Source: an uncultured Microthrixaceae bacterium (GTDB lineage Bacteria; Actinomycetota; Acidimicrobiia; Acidimicrobiales; DATDAH01). From it: DNA of 64,000 nucleotides. The stretch spans positions 835,878 through 899,877 of the forward strand of contig CAWGLV010000001.1 in assembly GCA_963823495.1 (NCBI GenBank), given 5' to 3'. The position numbers and the translations under genes are program-made. The notes under the pieces were generated by a model. It was not told the origin of the DNA. It saw only the letters and a program-made list of their open reading frames with translations, and ran no database searches. Shown one piece after another: positions 1-7,775 of this stretch. How positions within the stretch are numbered: position 1 is the stretch's first letter; every line of letters begins with the position of its first letter.

Positions 1-1119
1 CTCGCCCCCGACCCGGAGCTCCTCGGCCTGATCGGAGGTGGCGTTGGCCAGGGTGTTCCAGTGCCCGGGCGGGGTCTCAGAGGCCGGGCCGTCGGCCCAG
101 TACTCCGCGACGACCCGGCCGAAGTCGCCCTGGTTGACCAGGTTGGGTGCGTAGGCCTCACCCGTGACGGGGTTGACCTCGTATCCGTCGCCGTCGTCGG
201 CCCCGACGGTGTTGTCGCCGACGGCCCCCGGGCTGATGTCGATCGTCGGGGCGCCACGGGGATCCAGGAGGCTGGAGAAGCGGAGGACCTCGAGCGCGGA
301 CGCCTTGTACGCGGCGTCGGTGGCCGGATCACCGAGGTAGGGCGGATCACCCGGATCGAGGGGCAGGCCGTCGGGGTCGGCCGGGAGGGCGAAGGACCGG
401 ACGGAGCCCCATTGGGACCCGACGAACGCCTGCACGCCGTCCTCGAGGGGAACGCCGTTCTGGCCGATCGCCTGGTCGAGGTCGAGTGGCTGCCACCGGT
501 TCGGGTCGGTCAGGTCCGTGCCGGGGACCCGCGGCGACAAGGGGGGGTTGACCGGCTCGTACCCGTCGTCCACGTAGTCCTCTGCCTCATTCGATCCGTC
601 GGTCAGGCCGTAGGCGAGGACCTCGTGGGCGATGCGGTTGCCCAGCGCCGCGGGGGAGTCGCCGTCCGTGGTCACGACGTCGGTCGACAAGCAGAGGTCC
701 TCCATGGTCGTCTCCGCTTGGGCCAGCGTGTCCTCGGATCCAGCGGTGTCGGCATAGCGCGCCGCGATCACCCGGTAGGCGGCATGGCTGATGGCCTCTT
801 CGCGGGCGGATCCGACGTCCTCGGCCTCGTGCTGCTCGTCCACGACATAGCCCGTCGCGTCGGGATCGAAGGCCGCCCAGGCGTCCCACATGGCCACGGA
901 GAGGTGGAAGAGGTTTCGAGCGTGGACCGTGGGCGCCGGGAAGTCCCGGCGGATGGCGTCGAGGTTCACCTCGTCCCACACCCGGGCCACCGACGGCAGA
1001 CCGGCGAGATCCGGCGAGCAGCCTCCCGAGGAGGTACAGGACGGGAGCGAGGCGAGGGCGGCGATGGCCACGCCCACCGCGACCGTCCGCCGCATCAGCT
1101 GTGGCCCCATGCCGCTCAT
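1..1119 (-). CDS. Secreted lipoprotein, vanadium-haloperoxidase/PAP2-like family (N-terminal part only; 3' end runs off the window)
   Basis: Hand translation of the minus strand from ATG at 1119. It is absent from the ORF track because no stop lies inside the window. The N-terminus MSGMGPQLMRRTVAVGVAIAALASLPSCTSS has a signal peptide plus a lipobox-like LPSC. It continues VWDEVNLDAIRRDFPAPTVHARNLFHLSVAMWDAWAAFD, which I recognise as the N-terminal region of actinobacterial haloperoxidase/PAP2-like secreted proteins. Track ORFs 61..1233(+) and 587..1129(-) are R/G/P-rich shadows. Confidence 0.6.
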   Translation of the reverse strand, partial: MSGMGPQLMRRTVAVGVAIAALASLPSCTSSGGCSPDLAGLPSVARVWDEVNLDAIRRDFPAPTVHARNLFHLSVAMWDAWAAFDPDATGYVVDEQHEAEDVGSAREEAISHAAYRVIAARYADTAGSEDTLAQAETTMEDLCLSTDVVTTDGDSPAALGNRIAHEVLAYGLTDGSNEAEDYVDDGYEPVNPPLSPRVPGTDLTDPNRWQPLDLDQAIGQNGVPLEDGVQAFVGSQWGSVRSFALPADPDGLPLDPGDPPYLGDPATDAAYKASALEVLRFSSLLDPRGAPTIDISPGAVGDNTVGADDGDGYEVNPVTGEAYAPNLVNQGDFGRVVAEYWADGPASETPPGHWNTLANATSDQAEELRVGGE

Positions 1120-1171
1120 CTTGACCCAAGCTCGTCGCCGGGCTGTGGCGCGCCGCTGGGGGATCGCCGAG

Positions 1172-2380
1172 TCAGGCCACGACGCCGGTGGTCCGCAGTT
1201 CCTCTATCCGGTCGGCCAGGCCCAGTTCGGTGAGGATCTCGTCGGTGTGGTCGCCGAGACCGGGTGAGGGACCGCCGAGAGCCGCCGGGGTCGCGGCGAA
1301 CTGGGCCGGGTGGCGGGGTAGTCGCGTCCGCCCGGTCACGGGGTGGTCGAACTCCTCGAAGAGCCCGATGGCCACGGCGTGGGGATCCCGCGTGATCTCC
1401 TCGGGACTCAGGATCATGGCGAAGGGGACCCGCTCGGCTTCGAAGCGCTCGGTGGCCTCCGCCATCGTCATGTTGGCGGCCATGGCGTAGCAGAGGTCGA
1501 GGACCGGCTCGAGGACGTCGCGGTTCTGGTTGCGCTCGGCGATGGTGGCGATGCGGGGGTCGTCCCAGCCCGCGACCCGCAAGGCCTTGCACATGCCGTG
1601 GAAGTCGTGGTCCGAGGTCGGGGTGACGATCCCCCATCCGTCGCTGAAGCGCATCGGCTTGAACCCGGCAACGAAGCTCGACGGCTCGGAGCCGTCGGAC
1701 TCCATGAGGACCTCGTTGGCCGCGGCGTCGGCCCACAGGAAGGACACCACGGCGTCGGTCATGGCCAACTCGATGTGTTGGCCGCCCCGGCCCCGCTCCC
1801 GGGCGAAGAGCGCCGCGGTCACGGCCTGGCCGGCGAACAGGGCGGTGACCTTGTCCGCCGCCGTCTGGCGGAGGAAGTCCGGGGTGCCGTGCTCGGGGTC
1901 GGCCTGGGCGGCGGCGAACCCGCCGTAGGCCTGGATGACCGTGTCGTAGGCACTGCGGTCGCGGTAGGGGCCGTCACTGCCGAAGCCGGAGAGGGAGACG
2001 TAGACCACATCGGGGTTCAGCGCCTTCACCTCCTCGTAGCCGACCCCCAGGCGGTCCACGACCCCAGGCCGGAAGTTCTGGACCACCACGTCCACCTCGG
2101 CGGCCATCCGGCGGATCAGTTCGGCCCCCTCGGGCCGGTCGAGGTCCACCACGATCGAGCGCTTCCCGCGGTTGCAGACGAGGAAGAGGGAGGTCAGCCC
2201 GTTCACCGAGGCCCCCACCCAGCGGGCGATGTCGCCGAGCCCGGGACGCTCGACCTTGATCACCTGGGCGCCCTGGTCGGCCATCAACGCGGCCGCGTAG
2301 GGACCGGTGAGCGCGATCGAGAGGTCCAGCACCTTGATCCCGTCCAGCGGTCCTCCTGTCATGGGGCCAGATACTGGCAC
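1172..2380 (-). CDS. Family III CoA-transferase (CaiB/BaiF type)
   Basis: 402-aa ORF. The N-terminus GPLDGIKVLDLSIALTGPYAAALMADQGAQVIKVERPGLGDIARW and the C-terminus LGDHTDEILTELG are both typical of the family. The track start is GTG at 2380. ATG at 2362 (MTGGPLDG...) is an equally plausible start. Confidence 0.9.
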   Translation of the reverse strand: MPVSGPMTGGPLDGIKVLDLSIALTGPYAAALMADQGAQVIKVERPGLGDIARWVGASVNGLTSLFLVCNRGKRSIVVDLDRPEGAELIRRMAAEVDVVVQNFRPGVVDRLGVGYEEVKALNPDVVYVSLSGFGSDGPYRDRSAYDTVIQAYGGFAAAQADPEHGTPDFLRQTAADKVTALFAGQAVTAALFARERGRGGQHIELAMTDAVVSFLWADAAANEVLMESDGSEPSSFVAGFKPMRFSDGWGIVTPTSDHDFHGMCKALRVAGWDDPRIATIAERNQNRDVLEPVLDLCYAMAANMTMAEATERFEAERVPFAMILSPEEITRDPHAVAIGLFEEFDHPVTGRTRLPRHPAQFAATPAALGGPSPGLGDHTDEILTELGLADRIEELRTTGVVA

Positions 2381-2411
2381 CTGTCGGGGTCCCGATGGCG
2401 GCGACTAGACA

Positions 2412-3410
2412 GTGGCCGTGACCCGGTTCGACGAGAGCACGATCACCTTCCCCTACACCCGCTCGCTCGGCCCGGTGACGGGGGCCTTCATGAGCGCCCT
2501 CACCGAGAAGCGCATCCTGGGCATCCGCAACGGCGACGAGGTGCTGGTGCCGCCCATGGAGTGGGACCCGGTCACGGGCGCCGAGCTGGCCCATGACTTC
2601 GTCGAGGTGGGCCCGGCCGGGACCGTCGAGTCCTGGACCTGGGTGCCGGACCCGTCCGAGCAGCACCCCCTCGACCACGCCTTCGCCTTCGCCCTCATCC
2701 GCCTCGACGGGGCGTCGACCCCCTTGCTGCACGCGGTGGACTCCGGTTCAGCCGAGGCGATGGCCGACGGGCTGCGGGTGGCGCCCCGCTGGAAGGGCAC
2801 CCGGGTCGGTCACCTCACCGACGTGGCCTGCTTCGTGCCCGGCGAGGAACCCGGGACCGACGGCGAGGAGGCCACGGAGGTCTCCGAGGACGGGGTCCGG
2901 ATGATGGACTACCTCGCCCGCATCACGTACCGGAACCCGATCCCGGCCTCGGTCGACCGGGCGGTCGTGGCATCCCGGGAGAACCGGCTCCTGGGCCTGC
3001 GGTGCCCGGAATGTGAGCGGGTCTACAGCGGGGGCAAGGGCAACTGCCCGATCGACGCCCTGGAGTTGGGTCCCGAGCACGAGGTCGACCTGCCCGAACA
3101 GGGCACGATCACCAACTACACGGTCGTCACCCCCGTGCCGTACCCCGGCCAGACCGAGACCGAGCCGTTCGTGCGGGTCTTCGTGCTCCTGGACGGGACC
3201 GACGTCGTGCTCAGCTACCAGCCGGTCGTCGAGTTGCCGGCGGCCGACGTCCGGGTCGGCCTGCGGGTGTCGGCGGTGTGGGCGTCGCCGGCCGAGGCGG
3301 TCGACAGCGGCGCCGGCGGCATGGCCGGGGCCTACGGGAACCTGCTCGGCTGGATCCCGGACGGTCGGCCCGACATCGAGGACCCCGACCTCGTGAACCG
3401 GATCTTCTAG
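2412..3410 (+). CDS. Tandem DUF35 (OB-fold / zinc-ribbon) protein
   Basis: 332 aa with two DUF35-like modules. The second carries a Cys-rich ribbon (RCPECERVYSGGKGNCPID). The first lacks those cysteines. Its stop overlaps the next start (TAGTG at 3408-3412). Confidence 0.8.
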   Translation: MAVTRFDESTITFPYTRSLGPVTGAFMSALTEKRILGIRNGDEVLVPPMEWDPVTGAELAHDFVEVGPAGTVESWTWVPDPSEQHPLDHAFAFALIRLDGASTPLLHAVDSGSAEAMADGLRVAPRWKGTRVGHLTDVACFVPGEEPGTDGEEATEVSEDGVRMMDYLARITYRNPIPASVDRAVVASRENRLLGLRCPECERVYSGGKGNCPIDALELGPEHEVDLPEQGTITNYTVVTPVPYPGQTETEPFVRVFVLLDGTDVVLSYQPVVELPAADVRVGLRVSAVWASPAEAVDSGAGGMAGAYGNLLGWIPDGRPDIEDPDLVNRIF

Positions 3411-4435
3411 TGGCCCCGTCGACCGACATCGCCGTGGTGGGTTGGGCCCAGACGCCGATGGTCCGTCACGCCGAGCAGTCCGAGGTCCAGCTCCTGCTCG
3501 GAGTCATCACCGACGCCCTCACCCCGTTGGGCCTGACCCGGGCGGAGGTCGACTTCACCTGCCTCGGCAGCTGCGACTACATCACCGGCCAGGCCTTCTC
3601 CTTCGTCATGAACCTCGACGCCATCGGCGCGTGGCCTCCGAAGCGGGACTCCCACGTGGAGATGGACGGGGCCTGGGCCCTCTACGAGGCCTGGTTGCGG
3701 CTGCACGAGGGCGACATCGACATCGCCGTGGTCACCGGCTCCGGCCGGTCGTCCACCGGCGACCCCGCGCTCATCTACCCGATGGAGATGGATCCCTACT
3801 ACCTGGCGCCCATCGGCGCCGACCCACTCACCTTCGCCGCGCTCCAGGCCCGCGCCGTCATCGCCGCGGGCATCGCCGACGAACGGGCCATGGCCGAGGT
3901 CGCCGTGCGCTCGCGGGGCAAGGGCGACATCGAGGCCCTTCTCGCGACTGACTACCTGCGGCCGCCGCTGCGTCGCCATGACGTCCCACCGATCACCGAC
4001 GGGGCCGCGGCCATGGTGCTCGCTCGCGGCGAGCGGGCCCGAGAGCTGGTGGAGCGGCCCGCCTACATCACCGGCTTCGACCACCGCACCGAGTGCCACA
4101 ACCCGTCCTTCCGGGCGCTGGACGACTCGCCGTCGGTGCGCATCGCCGCCGAAGTCGCCGGCCTGGGTGACGGCCCGGTCCAGATCGCCGAGCTGCAGGC
4201 CGCCTTCACCCACGAGGAGCTGCTCCTGTGCGAGGTCCTCGGTCTCGGCGACGACGTGGTCGTCAACCGATCCGGTGGCGCCCTGAAGGCGAACCCGATC
4301 ATGGCCACGGGCCTGTGCCGGATCGGCCACGCCGCCGACCACATCTTCGGCGGGGGCTCGCGGGCGTTGGCCCACTCGACCAGCGGGCCCTGCCTGCAAC
4401 AGAACCTCGTCTGCATCCTGGAGGACGGCGCATGA
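3410..4435 (+). CDS. Thiolase-fold protein, SCP-x/Ltp-like
   Basis: Internal GTG at residue 45 of track ORF 3278..4435 gives VAPSTDIAVVGWAQTPMVRH. The upstream part of that ORF is R/G-rich junk. Thiolase-like motifs present: PPITDGAAAMVLA and NRSGGALKANPIMATG. Confidence 0.8.
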   Translation: MAPSTDIAVVGWAQTPMVRHAEQSEVQLLLGVITDALTPLGLTRAEVDFTCLGSCDYITGQAFSFVMNLDAIGAWPPKRDSHVEMDGAWALYEAWLRLHEGDIDIAVVTGSGRSSTGDPALIYPMEMDPYYLAPIGADPLTFAALQARAVIAAGIADERAMAEVAVRSRGKGDIEALLATDYLRPPLRRHDVPPITDGAAAMVLARGERARELVERPAYITGFDHRTECHNPSFRALDDSPSVRIAAEVAGLGDGPVQIAELQAAFTHEELLLCEVLGLGDDVVVNRSGGALKANPIMATGLCRIGHAADHIFGGGSRALAHSTSGPCLQQNLVCILEDGA

Positions 4436-5592
4436 TCCCCACCGCCGTGATCGGCGTGGGCCAGACCCACCACAAGTCGCGTCGGCGGGACGTCTCCCTC
4501 GGCGGCCTCGTCCGGGAGGCCGTGTTCCGGGCTCTCGAGGACGCCCACCTGACGATGGCCGACATCGACGCCGTCGTCCTCGGCAAGGCGCCCGACATCT
4601 TCGAAGGGGTCATGAAACCCGAGCTCTATCTGTCCGACGCCCTCGGGGCGGTGGGCAAGCCCATGTTCCGGGTCCACACCGCGGGCTCCGTCGGCGGGAC
4701 CACGGCGATCGTGGCCGCGTCCCACGTGCAGGCGGGCAAGCACAAGACGGTCCTGGCCGTGGCCTTCGAGAAGCAGTCGGAGGGCAATGCCCAGTTCGCC
4801 CTCGGCAGCGGCAAGGGGGCCTCCCTCGGCGCCGGCGGCGCCTTCGCCCCGTTCATCCGGGCCTACATCCAGCGCAGCGGCGCCCCGGAGCACATCGGCT
4901 GGAAGGTGGCGGTGAAGGACCGGCTCAACGCCCTGAAGAACCCGTACGCCCACCTGAAGATCGAGGACATCTCCATCGAGAAGGTGAAGGCCTCCCCGAT
5001 GATGTGGGAGCCCATCCGGTTCCTCGAGTCCTGCCCCTCCTCCGACGGTGCCTGTGCGATGGTCCTGACCGATGAGGACGGCGCCGAGGCGGCGGCGGCC
5101 GACGGTCGCCGGCCGGCTTGGATCCTCGGTACCTCCTCACGTTCGGAGCCCCCGAACTTCCCGGGCCGGGACCCGGTCCGTCCCGAGGCCTGCCTCCAGT
5201 GCGCCGACGACGTCTACGCGATGGCCGGCATCACCGACCCCCGCCGGCAGATCGACGTAGCCGAGCTCTATGTGCCGTTCTCGTGGCACGAGGCGATCTG
5301 GTTGGAGGGCCACCGCATCGCCGAGCCGGGGGAGGGCTGGAGGATGATCGACGACGGCTCCACCGAGATGGGCGGCTCGTTTCCGGTCAACTGCTCGGGT
5401 GGCGTGCTGTCCAGCAACCCGATCGGGGCCTCCGGCCTCCTGCGCTTCGCCGAAGCCGCCAACCAGGTCCGGGGTGCGGCGGGGGAGCACCAGGTCGACG
5501 GGGCCCGGACGGCGCTCGCCATGGCCTACGGCGCCAACAGCCAGTACTTCAGCATGTGGGTCGTGGCCGACAGCCTCCAGCCCTTCGACTGA
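4432..5592 (+). CDS. Thiolase-fold protein, SCP-x/Ltp-like
   Basis: ATG at residue 69 of track ORF 4228..5592 (MIPTAVIGVGQTHH...), with an ATGA overlap to the upstream stop. Motifs present: ESCPSSDGACAMVLT and NCSGGVLSSNPIGASG. Confidence 0.85.
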   Translation: MIPTAVIGVGQTHHKSRRRDVSLGGLVREAVFRALEDAHLTMADIDAVVLGKAPDIFEGVMKPELYLSDALGAVGKPMFRVHTAGSVGGTTAIVAASHVQAGKHKTVLAVAFEKQSEGNAQFALGSGKGASLGAGGAFAPFIRAYIQRSGAPEHIGWKVAVKDRLNALKNPYAHLKIEDISIEKVKASPMMWEPIRFLESCPSSDGACAMVLTDEDGAEAAAADGRRPAWILGTSSRSEPPNFPGRDPVRPEACLQCADDVYAMAGITDPRRQIDVAELYVPFSWHEAIWLEGHRIAEPGEGWRMIDDGSTEMGGSFPVNCSGGVLSSNPIGASGLLRFAEAANQVRGAAGEHQVDGARTALAMAYGANSQYFSMWVVADSLQPFD

Positions 5593-5594
5593 CC

Positions 5595-7775
5595 TTGACC
5601 GACGAAGCCGATCGGCTCCGGCCGGGCCGGGCGTACGCCGAGCTGCTGGCGCTGACCGCCCTGGCGATCACCCAGCCCGTCCTCGACGTCTTCGGCCAGG
5701 CACCGGACCTCTTCATCCACCGCCAGGCGGGGCGGCTCGAGATCATCGCCTTCGCCGTGCTCGTGGCCCTGCTGCCGGCGACGGTGGTGTGGTTGGTGGA
5801 GCAGGCGGTCGGTCGACTGGCCGGCCCCGGCCCGCGCCGCCTCCTGCACATGGCGGTCGTGGGCCTCCTGGCCTTCGCCTTCGCCGTCCAGACGCTCAAA
5901 CAGGCCGACGTGACCTCCCAGGCCCGCATCCTGGGTCTGGCCCTGGCGGCATCGGTCCTCGCCGTGGTGGCCTACCGGCGCTGGGCGTTCGTGCGCCTGT
6001 GGATCGCCTACCTGGTGGTCGCGCCCGTGGCCTTCGTCGGCCTCTTCCTCCTGGCCAGCCCGACCTCGGACCTCCTCGCCTCCCAGGAGGTCGCGGCGGC
6101 GGAGGTCCCCTCCGCCACCGACCCGGCCACGGTGGTCATCCTCCAGTTCGACGAATGGCCCCTCCAGACCCTGCTCGACGCGGACGGGCAGATCGATGCC
6201 GAGCTCTACCCCAACCTGGCCGAGTTGGCCGGGGACGGGGTCTGGTACCGCAATGCCACGACGGCAGCCACCTACACCAGCTACGCCCTGCCCGCGATGC
6301 TCACCGGTCGGTACCCCGACGGCGAGCGGACGCCGATCGCCAGCCAGTATCCCGAGAGCCTCTTCAGCCTGATGGCCGGCCAGTTCGACCTCGAGGTGAT
6401 CGAGGCCCTGACCCGGCTCTGCCCGCCCAACCTGTGCGACGGCGACCTGGTCGATCAGGACGAGTCGTCCGAGGCGCCCGAGCTGGAGGTGATCGTCCCC
6501 GCAGGACTGGGTCCGCTGCTCACCGACGCCCGGCAGACCTTCCAGTCCATGGTCGATCCCGACCCCTTCGCCGTCTCCCCGACGGTCCACTTCCAGGACG
6601 AGGTCCGGGTGGTCGCGGCGGGCGACCCGTCGGGCGAGGCCGTACCCCTCCCCCCGACGATGCTCTCCCTGGAGAGCGCCGACCGCTTGGTCGCGTCCAT
6701 CGAGGTCGGTCAGGAGCCGACCCTGCACTTCCTGCACATCCTGCTTCCCCACACCCCCTACACCTTCCTGCCCGACGGCCGCCGCTACGGCGCGGAGCTG
6801 TCGGGCCCGGTGGGACCGCTGCCCACGACACCTACGGGGCGGCCCGTGGCGCGAGCGGCGATGGCCTTGGAGCAGCAGCGCCTGCTGCTGCAGGCGGGGT
6901 ACACGGACACCTTGGTGGGCCGGGTGATGGACCGCCTGCGGGACACGGGCCTCTACGAGGACGCCACGGTGGTCGTCGTCGCCGATCATGGCATCGGCCT
7001 CGAGCCCGGCGGCGCCGTGCGGTCCCCGGTTGGCGACGAGCTGGATGAGGCCAACTACCCCGACCTCTTCTACGTCCCCCTGATCATCAAGGCCCCGGGC
7101 CTCGGTCCGGCCGGGACGGTGAGCGACGCCAACGTGAGCACGATCGACGTCCTGCCCACCGTGGCCGCGACGGTCGGCTTGGAGCTGGCGTGGGAGGTGA
7201 CTGGTGTCGACCTGGCCACCGAGGAGAGATCAGACCCCGAGAAGCAGGTCGCCGTGGTCCACATCGCTCCACCCTCGGTGGGGGGTCGACAGCTCAGCCT
7301 GGGTGAGCGGGTGACCTTCGACGGCGACGAGGTCCTCCAGGAGGTCCTCGCCCGCAACACCAGCCGCCTGCTGTTCGACGACAACCCCGACCACCGGCTC
7401 TACGCCATCGACGAGGCCGGCGAGATCGTCGGAAACCGGGTCGAGGACCTCGAGGTGCGCCCCGGCGCCGGCATCGGGGCCACGCTGGCCGACCCGGCCG
7501 CCTACGCCGACGTCGACACCGACGGCGGGCTCCTGCCCACCCACTTCGTGGCTGACCTCGAGCCGCTGGAGCCCGGCCCGTACACGGTCGCGATCGCGGT
7601 CAATGGCCGGGTCGCGGCCGTGAGCCCCACCTGGCGCTCGGGTGACCGGCTCCACCACGTCGAAGCGATGCTCCTGCCCGAGACCCTCCGGGACGGCCGC
7701 AACCGGATCGAGCTCTACGTGGTCGGCGGCCGGGAGGGGCGCCGCCGACTGGTCCCGGTCGAACTCACCCCCTGA
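5595..7775 (+). CDS. Multi-pass membrane protein with extracytoplasmic sulfatase/LTA-synthase-like domain
   Basis: The real part of track ORF 5118..7775 begins after the thiolase stop. TTG at 5595 is the first plausible start, so the start is approximate. Several TM helices are followed by VVILQFDEWP, YALPAMLTGRYP, LHILLPHTPY and VVVADHG, which are sulfatase-family motifs. Confidence 0.75.
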   Translation: MTDEADRLRPGRAYAELLALTALAITQPVLDVFGQAPDLFIHRQAGRLEIIAFAVLVALLPATVVWLVEQAVGRLAGPGPRRLLHMAVVGLLAFAFAVQTLKQADVTSQARILGLALAASVLAVVAYRRWAFVRLWIAYLVVAPVAFVGLFLLASPTSDLLASQEVAAAEVPSATDPATVVILQFDEWPLQTLLDADGQIDAELYPNLAELAGDGVWYRNATTAATYTSYALPAMLTGRYPDGERTPIASQYPESLFSLMAGQFDLEVIEALTRLCPPNLCDGDLVDQDESSEAPELEVIVPAGLGPLLTDARQTFQSMVDPDPFAVSPTVHFQDEVRVVAAGDPSGEAVPLPPTMLSLESADRLVASIEVGQEPTLHFLHILLPHTPYTFLPDGRRYGAELSGPVGPLPTTPTGRPVARAAMALEQQRLLLQAGYTDTLVGRVMDRLRDTGLYEDATVVVVADHGIGLEPGGAVRSPVGDELDEANYPDLFYVPLIIKAPGLGPAGTVSDANVSTIDVLPTVAATVGLELAWEVTGVDLATEERSDPEKQVAVVHIAPPSVGGRQLSLGERVTFDGDEVLQEVLARNTSRLLFDDNPDHRLYAIDEAGEIVGNRVEDLEVRPGAGIGATLADPAAYADVDTDGGLLPTHFVADLEPLEPGPYTVAIAVNGRVAAVSPTWRSGDRLHHVEAMLLPETLRDGRNRIELYVVGGREGRRRLVPVELTP

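Noticed and set aside
61-1233. 390-aa plus-strand ORF at the left edge.
   Set aside because: The opposite strand encodes a convincing signal-peptide protein (1..1119) that the track omits because it has no in-window stop. The plus-frame translation is R/G/V-rich junk that also runs across the next gene's 3' end.
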